Source of the DNA: Candidatus Saccharimonadales bacterium
GTDB lineage: Bacteria; Patescibacteriota; Saccharimonadia; Saccharimonadales; DATKHC01
Reading direction: 5' to 3'
DNA length: 64,000 nucleotides
Assembly: GCA_035510465.1 (NCBI GenBank)
Contig: DATKHC010000010.1
Coordinates: 22,036 to 86,035, forward strand
Shown here: in pieces, positions 1 through 10,186 of the stretch
How the letters are laid out: each line of letters begins with the position of its first letter
Numbering within the stretch: position 1 is the first letter of the stretch
The notes under the pieces: generated by a model
Database searches by the model: none
Told to the model about the DNA's origin: nothing
The model's input: the letters and a program-made list of their open reading frames with translations, nothing else
Translations under genes and position numbers: made by a program

Positions 1-1
1 T

Positions 2-487
2 AAGGTTAAACTAACTGAACTACTCGAGTTAACTGCGGCAGCTTACGGAGAAAAAGTTGACGCGCTAGCACTACTCAAAGACGTCAATCTTGAAGACAAG
101 GCTTCTAGCTATATTGAGCAGCTTTCTGGTGGACAAAAACAACGTTTTTCAATTGCCGCCGCACTAGTTCACAAACCGAAGATTCTATTCATGGATGAGC
201 CGACCACCGGACTCGACCCTCAAGCCAGACACAATCTATGGGATTTAACCAAGAAAATTAAAGATAGAGGCATTACGGTAATACTGACCACTCACTACAT
301 GGAAGAAGCTGAACTACTCTGCGACCGAGTGGCCATCATGGACAAGGGGCGGATTATCTCTTTAGATTCACCTGATAATTTAGTTACTCAGCTACTTAAA
401 AAGGGGTTTAAAAAACACGAGAAAGTTAAAGAAGCTGACCTAGAAGATGTCTTTTTGGATTTAACTGGGAAGGCGCTGAGGGATTAA
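2..487 (+). CDS. ABC transporter ATP-binding protein, C-terminal part; 5' end lies before the window
   Basis: Frame 2 is open from position 2. It carries the ABC signature LSGGQKQR, Walker B ILFMDEPTTGLD and an H-loop TTHYMEEA. The permease gene follows immediately. Confidence 0.85.
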   Translation, partial: KVKLTELLELTAAAYGEKVDALALLKDVNLEDKASSYIEQLSGGQKQRFSIAAALVHKPKILFMDEPTTGLDPQARHNLWDLTKKIKDRGITVILTTHYMEEAELLCDRVAIMDKGRIISLDSPDNLVTQLLKKGFKKHEKVKEADLEDVFLDLTGKALRD

Positions 488-490
488 CTC

Positions 491-1594
491 ATGCCTAAAT
501 CAATCTTCACAATACTCGTATTCGCCAAAATCAACATTAGGCGATTTTTCCGCGATAAGACCGCTTTGTTCTTTACGATTATATTTCCTCTAATCTTCCT
601 GTTTATTTTCGGCGGTATTTTCGGGCGTAGCAGTAATGTCAGTTTTAGTATTGGTTTGATCAATCAGTCTGGCTCCAGCCTTGCCAAACAGCTCCAGCAC
701 GGGATATCATCTAATAAAGATTTTAAGATAAACGACACCGTTAACAATTTGTCAGAGGGCACTGACTTAATGGGCAAAAGCCAGATCGATGCAACCATTA
801 TCCTGCCTCCAAGTTTCGGGCAGGTTAGCAATGGCCACCCTAGCGGACAAATTAAGGTTTATTATGACGAGAACAACGCCTCAGCAGCCCAAACAATTGC
901 CACGATTTTGCAGGCAACAACCGCAGCTATCAATGCCAAGATCGAAATTAGCCCACAGCCACTGAGCGTTACGACTATTTCAACTAACCAGGCCGGATTA
1001 ACTCAATTTGACTATGTTTTCTCAGGTTTACTTGGCTTCACAATTATCGGGCTCGGTATTTTCGGCCCAGTTAATGTTTTCCCCGAACTAAAAAAACAAG
1101 GCGTACTGAGACGTTGGCACGTAACGCCCATTAGGGTCTGGCAGTATTTTTTGTCTAACGTAATATCGCAAGCCGTGGTTGGCTTAATCTCAGTGGCTAT
1201 AATGTTTTTAGTCGCCATAACGGTCTTCCATTTGAAAATGCACGGTAGCTACTTCACTTTATCGGTCTTTCTTATACTGGGTATATTTACAATCTATGGC
1301 ATCGGACTTGCGATCGGCGGTTGGGCAAAGAATCAAAATCAAGCAGCACCGCTGTCGAATATTATTGTCTTCCCGCTAATGTTTCTAACTGGAGTATTCT
1401 TCCCAACCTACCTAATGCCAGTTTGGCTGCAAAACGTCTCTACTTTCTTGCCGCTTACGCCCATAATTAACGGACTCAGGTTAATAATAACCGAGAATAA
1501 AAGCTTGCTTCAGCTGGGCCCACAAATAGGTCTAACCATAGCTTGGGCAATTATTATCTATGCCATAGCCTTTCGGGTTTTTAGGTGGGAGTAA
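491..1594 (+). CDS. ABC-2 family transporter permease
   Basis: 367 aa with about 6 predicted TM helices and a large extracytoplasmic loop after TM1, typical of the ABC-2 family. Start is 3 bp after the ATPase stop. Confidence 0.75.
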   Translation: MPKSIFTILVFAKINIRRFFRDKTALFFTIIFPLIFLFIFGGIFGRSSNVSFSIGLINQSGSSLAKQLQHGISSNKDFKINDTVNNLSEGTDLMGKSQIDATIILPPSFGQVSNGHPSGQIKVYYDENNASAAQTIATILQATTAAINAKIEISPQPLSVTTISTNQAGLTQFDYVFSGLLGFTIIGLGIFGPVNVFPELKKQGVLRRWHVTPIRVWQYFLSNVISQAVVGLISVAIMFLVAITVFHLKMHGSYFTLSVFLILGIFTIYGIGLAIGGWAKNQNQAAPLSNIIVFPLMFLTGVFFPTYLMPVWLQNVSTFLPLTPIINGLRLIITENKSLLQLGPQIGLTIAWAIIIYAIAFRVFRWE

Positions 1595-1605
1595 GCCAAC
1601 TTCAT

Positions 1606-1650
1606 AAGCTGGCTAAGCTTAAGCTTGGTTAGGTTAAGCCTTTTTGTTAA
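1606..1650 (+). terminator. Putative intrinsic terminator after the ABC operon
   Basis: A palindromic AAGCTTAAGCTT/GGTTAAGCC-rich segment is followed by CTTTTTG. Confidence 0.3.
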
Positions 1651-1869
1651 TATGTAATCTGTGAATAACTAGTGGTTGTCTAAGTATTTCTACTAAACTC
1701 ACTCCAGACAATCAAAATTATCGTGATAAGAATATTAATCCTGCCCAGCGAGAATATGGCAGGAAACACACGGGACAATAGTCATTATTGATATCAGAAA
1801 CACAAACCTTAATCTGATTTTATCTAAAGCAGATCTTAAGATTACATCTTTAATCTTTTAACACGTGCC

Positions 1870-3567
1870 ATGGACAGATCAAAACCTCACAGGCACTTAA
1901 AAGCTAATCAGCAATTAAATCGTCGCGCGACCAGCCTCGATGGTTTTATACCTAATCGTCGAGGACGGCTTATTCAACCCAATTTCCATAAGCTACCGGA
2001 CACCGGAGGATTGCAGACAGACGACAAGATAATCGGAGACATGCCAAAGATTATGAAAGCAGGAGCCAAGTTACCAGCTGGCGCAGCCCCCCAACAATCC
2101 TTAGGGGTTACTTGGGCTTCTTCGAGACTTAAAGATCCCGGAGCGGTTGATTTAACGCGCCCACCGCGCAAAGGTAGAGCTAGGCGCAAACTTGGCAGCA
2201 AAGTACCTACCGGTTTCCCTTGGAAAAAAGTTCTTAAACGAGGTGGCATAGGCCTTGCTAGCGTGCTAATTGTTGTTGGGGGTTACGTTGGATACAAATT
2301 TGCTCACAACATTGATAAAGTTTTTGGCGGCAACATCTTTAGTGATTTAAGTGGTCTGTTTGGCAAAACAACCCTAAAGGGCGAAGCCGAAGGTAGAGTT
2401 AACGTTCTCCTCGCGGGTGACTCTTCGGACCAACAAGGGCACGGAGGAGCAAATTTAACAGACTCCATCTTAATTTTAAGTATCGACACCAATAACCACA
2501 CAGCGTTTTTACTTAGCATACCCAGAGACCTATGGGTAGACCAGCCTGGCGTAGGTTGGGAGAAGATCAATGCAGCTAATGACGATCTTGGGACAAATAT
2601 CCCAGGCTATCCGCAAAACGGCATGGGTCAGTTAGAGAATTTAGTTTCAACGGATCTAGGAATACCAATAGATTACTATGCGCTTTCAGATTATGGTGCT
2701 TTTCAAGACGCGGTTAATGCCGTAGGAGGAGTTAAAGTCGACATACAAAGCCCAGACCCGCGCGGTCTTTACGACCCCAACGTAAAACTTAAGTTGCCAA
2801 ACGGCGTTGTTAGCTTAAACGGACAGACGGCCTTAAACCTAGCCAGGGCTAGAGGCGACGGTTACGGCTCATATGGTTTTCCGGATTCCGATTTTGATAG
2901 AACAGAGCATCAGAGACAAATATTCACAGCTATTGTTCAAAAAGCCCAGACCTTAGGTTTCTTGGATAACCCAATTAAGATCGGTAACTTATTCGATGCA
3001 TTCGGCAACAACGTCCAGACCGATTTAAGCCTGAAAGACGTTCTTGCTCTTGTGCAGCTTACTAAGGGCTTAAACTTATCGAATATAAAGTCGTATGCTT
3101 ACTGTTCCACTCTAACGGTTGGTCAGGATGGTTGCACGACCCCACTTCTAACTGATTACACCGACCCAGCCTCTGGTCAGGAAGCACTTATACCAACTGC
3201 TGGTATCAGCAATTACGATCAGTTGCAGTATTACTATCAAACGTTATCTAGCAATAACCCGGTAGTTCAAGAAGCAGCCGGCGTAGTCGTATTAAACGGT
3301 GGTAATACGGTTGGGTTAGCAGGGAAGTATCAATCTCAACTTATCGGTAAAGGTGTGAACGTCACTTCCGTAGGCGATGCCGCCCAGCCCTACAGCCAAA
3401 CTGTTATTATGGATAATTCTGAGGGTAAGAAACCTGCTACGCTTCATTTACTTGAAAGCATATTTGGGGGCAGCACTATAAGTAATAACGCATCCATTAA
3501 CACCTCGAACGCTAGTTTTGTTGTTATACTCGGCGCCAACCAAGGGCCGCCTGCATCTTCTCAATAA
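1870..3567 (+). CDS. LCP family (LytR-CpsA-Psr) cell-envelope phosphotransferase with a long basic cytoplasmic N-tail
   Basis: Carries the LCP core VNVLLAGDSSD...LTDSILILSIDTNNHTAFLLSIPRDLWV. A single TM (IGLASVLIVVGGYVGYKF) follows about 120 basic residues. The C-terminal region is LytR_C-like. Confidence 0.8.
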   Translation: MDRSKPHRHLKANQQLNRRATSLDGFIPNRRGRLIQPNFHKLPDTGGLQTDDKIIGDMPKIMKAGAKLPAGAAPQQSLGVTWASSRLKDPGAVDLTRPPRKGRARRKLGSKVPTGFPWKKVLKRGGIGLASVLIVVGGYVGYKFAHNIDKVFGGNIFSDLSGLFGKTTLKGEAEGRVNVLLAGDSSDQQGHGGANLTDSILILSIDTNNHTAFLLSIPRDLWVDQPGVGWEKINAANDDLGTNIPGYPQNGMGQLENLVSTDLGIPIDYYALSDYGAFQDAVNAVGGVKVDIQSPDPRGLYDPNVKLKLPNGVVSLNGQTALNLARARGDGYGSYGFPDSDFDRTEHQRQIFTAIVQKAQTLGFLDNPIKIGNLFDAFGNNVQTDLSLKDVLALVQLTKGLNLSNIKSYAYCSTLTVGQDGCTTPLLTDYTDPASGQEALIPTAGISNYDQLQYYYQTLSSNNPVVQEAAGVVVLNGGNTVGLAGKYQSQLIGKGVNVTSVGDAAQPYSQTVIMDNSEGKKPATLHLLESIFGGSTISNNASINTSNASFVVILGANQGPPASSQ

Positions 3568-3569
3568 AA

Positions 3570-3836
3570 CTATCCAGAATGCAGCCTGAGCCAGGTTGAA
3601 ATATCACTGACACCTAACTTATCAACTGCTATCTTTACTGCGAAGTCTTCAATTTCACCATTATTGGCTTTCATTTTGTAGCCATTCCTCTTTAGAAACA
3701 TCGCTAACGTAGTTATACCTGTCCTCTTATTCCCATCATGAAAAGGGTGGTCAGAAATTAAGTTTCGGGATTTGGGATAGTTTTTATGCAGGTTTGCATG
3801 TAGTCCACTTAAGCTTACGACGAGCTGAGCTTGCAA
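3570..3836 (-). pseudogene. Doc/Fic-family toxin fragment (N-terminally truncated, no phd partner)
   Basis: HPFHDGNKRTG matches the Fic/Doc motif HxFx(D/N)GNKR. The ORF has no ATG; the annotated M is TTG, and an in-frame TAG lies 12 codons upstream. Only about 30 aa precede the motif, versus about 65 in P1 Doc. It is wedged between the LCP stop and the uvrD start. Confidence 0.5.
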
Positions 3837-3874
3837 AATTAAGGTTTTACAGCCTAAGCCGATAAAATAGAGCT

Positions 3875-6800
3875 ATGGCAGAGCGTTTTAGTAGGGAATA
3901 TGCTCGGTTAAACCCGAAACAAAAACAGGCCGTTGATCAAATCGACGGGCCCTTGTTAGTACTTGCTGGCCCCGGAACTGGTAAAACCCAACTTCTGAGC
4001 ATGCGTGTAGCTAACGTCTTAAAAGCTACCGACATTGGCCCGGGTAACATCCTATGTCTAACATTTACTGAGGCTGCCGCTTTTAATATGCGCGAGAGGC
4101 TACTTAAGTTAATCGGACCCGATGCTCACAAAGTCGGAGTTTTTACTTTCCATAGTTTTGGCACATACGTTATTCAAAATTTCCCAGAATACTTTTACGA
4201 CGCTCCGCTTACTGAGTCAATCGATACTCTAAGAGAATACGAGATACTGGCTACTATTTTAGATGATCTACCTCATACAAATCCTTTTTCAAAAAAGCTC
4301 GGCGACAGTTTTTTTCATAATAATTCACTCATTAGAACTATCAGCTGGGCTAAGAAAGCTGGGTTGAGTCCGAGTGACTTAGCTAAGCAGATCAAAGAAA
4401 ATTTGCGTGTTCTTGAGACTTTGAATCCCAGTCTGGCTAATAGCTTCGAGGATACACCTAGTAAGAAGATGCTGAGCACATACCAAGCGCTTGCTAAAAA
4501 AATTCATACGAAAGCCAAATCCGAGGGTAGCCAACTAATCGGCTTAGCGGGTGAAGAGTTATTCGGGGCAATAGCTTCGATAAAGCCCGGTTCAAGCAGA
4601 GTAAGTTCAATTACAGCCTGGCGAAACAAGTGGTTGACCCAAGTTAGACCTGGTAGGTGGCAATTTGCAGATACAAATCCATCAAAATTGCTTCTTAAGT
4701 TTTGTGAGATTTACGAAAAATACCAGCGGGAGCTTACCAGCAGAGGCTTATACAGCTTCGATGACATGATCCTAAGAACAAACCAAGCAATAAGAGATAA
4801 CGATGAACTTCGCCTAAACCTCCAGGAACAATATCAATATATTTTGGTAGACGAATATCAAGATACCAATGGGGCGCAAAACCAATTACTTTACTCTCTC
4901 GTAGACAACCAAGTAAACGAAGACCGACCAAACTTAATGGTAGTAGGCGATGATGACCAGGCCATCTACCGGTTCCAAGGAGCTGACAGCTCTGTTTTAG
5001 GGGATTTTATAAACCGATTTAGGGATGTTTCTGTTGTCATACTGGAACGTAGTTATAGAAGCGGCCAAGAGCTACTGGATTTGTCAGGCAAAGTCATCTC
5101 AAACGCTAGCGGCCGGCTTGATAAGTTACTTGAAGGTAACAAGCAACTTGATTCCGTTCCGGGAGTCTCTACTAAAATCCAACAAATTCAAGCTAGCAGT
5201 AAGACAGGTTTGTATCATCATCTAGCTAAAATTATCAAAGAAACGATTGATAAAGGAACAAAACCTGGTCAGATAGCAGTTCTTGCCCCCAAACACAGCT
5301 ATTTAGAGGCGTTTGTACCCTATTTACAGGCCAAAGGTGTATCAGTTAGCTACGAACGCAGAGAAAGAGTCCTGCAACAACCGAGAATCGTTGAAATACT
5401 TGATCTTTTTGACCTGATCTGGGCACTAACTAAAACTCAGATTCACGTAGCTAACTCGTTACTGCCCAAAATTTTGGCAGCGGACTACTTTGAGCTATCA
5501 CCAAATGAGTGGTTTGGTTTGGCTCTCTCTGCCAGAGAGCACCAACTTGGCTGGCTGGGTCTTACATCCGAGCATGACAATCAAAAACTTAACGATTTTG
5601 CGACAGCTATCAGAGGGATCGCCAAAGCTAGTCTTAACCAGCCTTTTGAGTACACTTTTTACCAGTTAATCGGCATGGCGCCAGTTAGACTGGTCGGTAC
5701 CCGTGAGTGGTATTCACCTTGGCGGGCTTACTATTTCAGCGACCCAAAAATTAAAGCCGACCCAGAGGCATATCTGAGATTTACTGGCCAATATAGCACA
5801 TTGCTCTTGAAGTTTCGCGCATATAGCCCTGGTGGCAGTGTAGGCCTAGAAGATTTCAGAAAGTTCATTGATTTATACAAACAAAGTGATAGCCCACTAC
5901 TCTATAGCGGCGTGGAAGTCGAAAATGAGCTAGCTGTTAACGTCCAAACTGTTTACAAGGCTAAAGGCCTAGAGTGGGACGTCGCAATTCTACTTAACTG
6001 CCTGGATGACGTTTGGGGACCAAAAACCAGGGTTAGACACCCCAGCTTTAGACTACCGACCTACCTGAGATGGATAGAACCGGTCGGAGCAAGTTCTGAG
6101 GACTTAATTCGACTATTCTACGTAGGTCTAACCAGAGCCAGAAAACAGCTCTATCTAACCAGCTATGAATTTAAAGAAAATGGTCAACCAGCCGAGCAAC
6201 TACGCTACTTGGAGGAAATCAGTGACCACCTACCGAAAGTTAGACAATTAGCCAGCCTAAGTACGCCAGCGATAATCGCCGACCACGCGGACCGTATAGC
6301 ACAGATAATCGGGAACCGGAGTAGCGAGCTTGATGAACTGCTAAAACCATATCTATCAACGTATAAGTTAAGTGCCACCCACTTGAACGATTTCCTTGGC
6401 CTTGACCGTGGCGGACCTGAGCATTTTTTCAGAAGACATCTACTTAGAGTGCCTGAACTTATTAACCCTCTAACCATGTACGGCAATGCAATACATAGAA
6501 CACTAGAGTATATCCACCGCCAGGTGAAACTAACGGCTAAGTTGCCCAAACTCAGTCTAGTCTCAGAACATTTCGAGCAACAGTTAGCTAGTTTCCCGCT
6601 GCCTCCCGCAGAAATGAAAAGGTTAAAGCAAAGGGGAATTGAAAATTTAAGCGGATGGCTTGCCAAACACAAAGCTGACTTCAAACCTAGTGACCTAGCT
6701 GAGCATAATTTTATGCACGAAGGAGCAGTGTCTGGTGAGGCTCGTTTAACCGGAGCAATAGACGTGCTCCGGCAAGACGGTAATAAGACTCTGCAAGTTA

Positions 6801-7168
6801 TAGATTACAAAACGAGCCGACCACTTTATGGGTGGCAGGGAACTAACTCATCTCAGGCGATTAGCGGCTATGGCTACTTAAGGCAGCTCTACTTTTACAA
6901 GATACTTGTCGAGAACTCTCGCAGTTTTGGTAATAAATTCTCTGTAAATAGCGGACGGATTGATTTCATTACGCCAGAAGAGGGGACCGACAACTTTACT
7001 AGTCTGACAACTGAACTTGACGGTGAGCAGACAACTAGACTTTCTAAGTTAATAGCTCAAGTCTGGCAGCACATAGTCAATTTGAGTTTGCCGGACACAA
7101 GCTCTTATCCACCAACCCTAGCTGGTATCAAGCAGTTCGAAGAAGATCTAATAAATAAACGGATCTAA
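3875..7168 (+). CDS. UvrD/PcrA-like SF1 helicase fused to a C-terminal RecB-type PD-(D/E)xK nuclease domain (AddA-like, single subunit)
   Basis: Motif I is LVLAGPGTGKTQ and motif II is ILVDEYQDTN. The C-terminus carries IDVLRQDG...LQVIDYKTSRP, the (I/V)DYK nuclease motif. No Cys cluster. Confidence 0.8.
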   Translation: MAERFSREYARLNPKQKQAVDQIDGPLLVLAGPGTGKTQLLSMRVANVLKATDIGPGNILCLTFTEAAAFNMRERLLKLIGPDAHKVGVFTFHSFGTYVIQNFPEYFYDAPLTESIDTLREYEILATILDDLPHTNPFSKKLGDSFFHNNSLIRTISWAKKAGLSPSDLAKQIKENLRVLETLNPSLANSFEDTPSKKMLSTYQALAKKIHTKAKSEGSQLIGLAGEELFGAIASIKPGSSRVSSITAWRNKWLTQVRPGRWQFADTNPSKLLLKFCEIYEKYQRELTSRGLYSFDDMILRTNQAIRDNDELRLNLQEQYQYILVDEYQDTNGAQNQLLYSLVDNQVNEDRPNLMVVGDDDQAIYRFQGADSSVLGDFINRFRDVSVVILERSYRSGQELLDLSGKVISNASGRLDKLLEGNKQLDSVPGVSTKIQQIQASSKTGLYHHLAKIIKETIDKGTKPGQIAVLAPKHSYLEAFVPYLQAKGVSVSYERRERVLQQPRIVEILDLFDLIWALTKTQIHVANSLLPKILAADYFELSPNEWFGLALSAREHQLGWLGLTSEHDNQKLNDFATAIRGIAKASLNQPFEYTFYQLIGMAPVRLVGTREWYSPWRAYYFSDPKIKADPEAYLRFTGQYSTLLLKFRAYSPGGSVGLEDFRKFIDLYKQSDSPLLYSGVEVENELAVNVQTVYKAKGLEWDVAILLNCLDDVWGPKTRVRHPSFRLPTYLRWIEPVGASSEDLIRLFYVGLTRARKQLYLTSYEFKENGQPAEQLRYLEEISDHLPKVRQLASLSTPAIIADHADRIAQIIGNRSSELDELLKPYLSTYKLSATHLNDFLGLDRGGPEHFFRRHLLRVPELINPLTMYGNAIHRTLEYIHRQVKLTAKLPKLSLVSEHFEQQLASFPLPPAEMKRLKQRGIENLSGWLAKHKADFKPSDLAEHNFMHEGAVSGEARLTGAIDVLRQDGNKTLQVIDYKTSRPLYGWQGTNSSQAISGYGYLRQLYFYKILVENSRSFGNKFSVNSGRIDFITPEEGTDNFTSLTTELDGEQTTRLSKLIAQVWQHIVNLSLPDTSSYPPTLAGIKQFEEDLINKRI

Positions 7169-7199
7169 AAAAGGACCGTTTTCCTCGGCCCTTTTTTTA
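7167..7199. terminator. Putative bidirectional terminator between convergent uvrD-like and aquaporin genes
   Basis: AAAAAAGGACCGTTTTCCTCGGCCCTTTTTTT: an imperfect GC hairpin flanked by an A-run and a T-run. Confidence 0.35.
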
Positions 7200-7236
7200 A
7201 GAGAACTGAGCTTTTAGCCCAGTTACCTGGTGGAGT

Positions 7237-7878
7237 TTATTTTGATTTTGCTTTAGAAACAGAGCCAGTAAATAACATGGTATATAGATTCATACCAACG
7301 ACTGCGCCAACGATTGGGCCGACCGTGTATGCCCAGCTCCATGATTTAACGCCCAAAGCTACGGCTGGGTTTAACAAAGCATTACTGCCAACTGAGGCTA
7401 CCATGATTCCGATAACTAGCGCGAAACCAACAATTAATACTTGTTTGCCAGTATCAATATTTTTGTTTACAACCGCGGCTGCTATGCCGAAGCCAAATAT
7501 TAGCGCGCCGATACCTTCAGCAACCATTGCTCGGGTATCAACACCGCCTGTTGCTAGAGGACTAAGTGTTTGCTTCAAGAGATACTCACCAACTCTGAAA
7601 GCCACAAATCCACCTAGAGCTTGCGCTATTATGTATACAACAGCGTCGAGTGTCTTGATCTTTCTTAAGGTCCAAAGACCGATTGTTACAGCTGGGTTCA
7701 GGTGTGAACCACTAATGCCGCCAAATATGACTAGCATTAAGGCGTAAACCAAACCCGCCGCCACAGCAGAGAAAAAAGCAAAGTTAGTACGCACCAACAT
7801 CGACAACATAGCTGTTGCCAGAACATAGGTACCTAAGAACTCTGCCACCACCATGGCAAATTTTTGTCGTCCAAACAT
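7237..7878 (-). CDS. MIP-family channel (aquaporin/glycerol facilitator)
   Basis: Two NPA boxes: SGSHLNPAVTIG and ALLNPAVALG. 213 aa with 6 TM helices. Confidence 0.85.
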   Translation of the reverse strand: MFGRQKFAMVVAEFLGTYVLATAMLSMLVRTNFAFFSAVAAGLVYALMLVIFGGISGSHLNPAVTIGLWTLRKIKTLDAVVYIIAQALGGFVAFRVGEYLLKQTLSPLATGGVDTRAMVAEGIGALIFGFGIAAAVVNKNIDTGKQVLIVGFALVIGIMVASVGSNALLNPAVALGVKSWSWAYTVGPIVGAVVGMNLYTMLFTGSVSKAKSK

Positions 7879-7987
7879 AAATTAGACTCCCTTCTTTATT
7901 TAATGACTATAGAATAAAACAGCTTATGTCAGTTTTGCAAATCGCCTGTGTATAAGTGTAGCTTCTGAGGCCACCATCTTTAATGAA

Positions 7988-8272
7988 TTAATCTGGTAGT
8001 TGCCCACCTGGGATTGAAGATACAAATAACATTTCTGGTCGAATTGTAGACTCTACGCTGACACTATCACTTACGATCCCGGTACTGGCCACTGCCACTG
8101 CCGTACCATGACGAATCATTTCTGAGAATTGATGAGCACTCAGATCAGGAGTATAAATCCTCATGGACTCAACCACTCCTTGCCCGAGGCAATTTGGGGG
8201 ATAGTGGTCGCTTGTTCCATCTCCAGCAGAGGTTTCAGGAGGTCGCCTTTGGTCGAAAGTTCTAGTTACCAT
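7988..8272 (-). CDS. Hypothetical protein
   Basis: 94 aa ORF with no recognisable motif. Weak call. Confidence 0.25.
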   Translation of the reverse strand: MVTRTFDQRRPPETSAGDGTSDHYPPNCLGQGVVESMRIYTPDLSAHQFSEMIRHGTAVAVASTGIVSDSVSVESTIRPEMLFVSSIPGGQLPD

Positions 8273-8449
8273 TTTTTTGTTTTTACTACTTATTTAATTG
8301 TACTCCTATTGTAAAGGCTTGTGCTTAATTGGGTCAGAAAGTTTCTTAAGGTTCGAGCACGCTCGTTACTAGATCGCACAGGTTTATTAATCTATCCTTA
8401 GGGTACTAATAGGGGCAAATTATGCTAGCTCATGATGGCGATGTGACGA

Positions 8450-8806
8450 TTATAGGATATCGTCTAGTTTACTAAGTAGTTCGTGCTGCTCCGGGTATTT
8501 TGCAGAATGCTTTTTACTGATTGCTTTGTGGTTAGCAAGAGTAGAGTGTTTGTGGCAGGTTTTATAAGGAGTGCCATCTACTTTAATACGACCTATCCTC
8601 CAGCAATTAACGCATTTATGGTGCTTATATACGGCAATAATTGAACCCAGTATTGCAAATTCGGCTAAATCACTACCAAATCCAGACCAAAAGTTGTACC
8701 ACATGCTTCCCGTAGGAGGTATGTGAGTACCAGTTACGTTTAATAACCAGTGCCAAATATCCATGGGTTCATCTCCTTTTTTGAAGTAATAAACTAATGA
8801 TACCAA
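8450..8806 (-). CDS. Hypothetical small protein with hydrophobic N-part and C-terminal Cys/His cluster
   Basis: Contains YKHHKCVNCWRIGRIKVDGTPYKTCHKH, zinc-ribbon-like. The true start may be the internal Met (MDIWHW). Confidence 0.4.
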   Translation of the reverse strand: MVSLVYYFKKGDEPMDIWHWLLNVTGTHIPPTGSMWYNFWSGFGSDLAEFAILGSIIAVYKHHKCVNCWRIGRIKVDGTPYKTCHKHSTLANHKAISKKHSAKYPEQHELLSKLDDIL

Positions 8807-9306
8807 ATGCCGTTAACTGGCTGGGGGTCGTCTCCAGACCGATTTCAGAACTTTTTAGCACCTAAATTTGTAAATATCAATAACCCCTTTCAACGTATGA
8901 CTATGAGTAGATATTTAGAGTGTCTGATAGCGCAAAAGAACTTCCGATTGATATGAGAGAAAGAATAGACGTAGAGGCCGTAGAGACAGAATGGCGTAAG
9001 GTTATTGAAAGTGGAGTACTAATTCACCACGTGAAGATGGTTATACGCCAAGGCCTAGCCTCATAGAACAAATTGATATTACTCTTCGAAGATCTGGTTG
9101 GCTTAAGGGGAAAGCCACTAAGTTTTGCACTCGGTCAACTTACTATCAATGTATTTATATTAACCATTAATTACTGAAATGGTTTTAATTAATTTTCACT
9201 TCAATCCGTAAGCATAATAACTTTCTTATATAATATACTTGCTTAAAACACATATATAGTGTACTCTATTTATCATTAAATAAATTAATTTTTTGGAGAA
9301 GTCTAG

Positions 9307-9492
9307 ATGAGTGGTTCAAACTCACCAGTAACTCAGGTAGCCGCTACAGGGACAACTATCGCAAGTACATCATTACTTCCGTTTACGCATGGAAATAAGA
9401 CTGGTACATATGTACTGATTGTTGCGATATCTTGCGCGCTTATTGTCTTGTTAAGCAAGCTGATTAAACACCTTGCCGCAAAGTCTCTTTAG
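9307..9492 (+). CDS. Small tail-anchored membrane peptide (61 aa) with sorting-signal-like C-terminus
   Basis: No signal peptide. The C-terminus reads LLPFTHG, then a TM segment (TYVLIVAISCALIVLL), then a KLIKHLAAKSL basic tail. A TAG stop sits immediately upstream of the ATG. First gene of the sortase-EPS operon. Confidence 0.45.
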   Translation: MSGSNSPVTQVAATGTTIASTSLLPFTHGNKTGTYVLIVAISCALIVLLSKLIKHLAAKSL

Positions 9493-9535
9493 AGAAGACT
9501 TAAAGCAAAGTTAACCTTGTCTAGGTAGATTAATT

Positions 9536-10186
9536 ATGCATCGACCATCTATAAGTATTGCTAATTGGCGAATTTGGACAGTCACGGGGATCATTTATAT
9601 CGGATTCACGATGCTATTCCTGTTACCGGTTTTTGAGCAGCACCTTGCTACGATAACCGTAAATAAAGATCTAACAAGCTACCTGGGGTCTATTAAGCAA
9701 GATAAAAAGCCGATTTCTAGCCCCAGTCTCATTAGTGGTACACCAATCTCCATCTCAATTAATCGGTTAGGCGTTAATTTGCCGATAGAGAAGGGTTATT
9801 ACGATAATCTAGACGGTACTTGGACACTTAATAATTATCATGCATTCGTTGATGCTTCAACGGTTGCTAATCCAGTTGTAAGCAATGCGACTACCGGTAA
9901 TGCATTTATTTACGCTCACGACTTTGAAAACCTATTCGAAAAAACTAGTCAGTTAATCCCTGGAGACCTTGTAAACATAACTACATCGAACGACTATATA
10001 TTTACTTATGAATATCAATCAGGCGCAATAGTTGAACCATCAAGTACTTATATTCTTACCCAACAAGGTAATAAGGATCAACTTACCTTAATGACTTGTA
10101 GCGGGGCATGGTATCAAAATCGTCATGTTATGTACTTTTCGTTTCTAAATGTACAACCGCTAAAAAGTAAGACGGCTCAAACATGA
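9536..10186 (+). CDS. Sortase-family transpeptidase
   Basis: N-terminal TM. Sortase motifs ISINRLGVNLPIEKG, GNAFIYAHDF (His), LIPGDLVNI, LTLMTCSG (TLxTC with catalytic Cys) and a downstream NRH Arg. Confidence 0.7.
   Translation: MHRPSISIANWRIWTVTGIIYIGFTMLFLLPVFEQHLATITVNKDLTSYLGSIKQDKKPISSPSLISGTPISISINRLGVNLPIEKGYYDNLDGTWTLNNYHAFVDASTVANPVVSNATTGNAFIYAHDFENLFEKTSQLIPGDLVNITTSNDYIFTYEYQSGAIVEPSSTYILTQQGNKDQLTLMTCSGAWYQNRHVMYFSFLNVQPLKSKTAQT

Noticed and set aside
4734-6684. Antisense/overlapping ORFs inside the helicase-nuclease gene (4734-4931, 5025-5225, 6205-6684)
   Set aside because: Fully contained in a long, well-supported CDS on the opposite strand or in another frame, with no motifs.
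7277-7747. 156 aa plus-strand ORF antisense to the aquaporin gene
   Set aside because: The minus strand encodes an unambiguous MIP channel with both NPA boxes. The antisense ORF is an artefact.
8990-9140. c-di-GMP (GEMM) riboswitch upstream of the EPS operon
   Set aside because: Only a vague GGGGAAAGCC resemblance. No paired P1/P2 elements.
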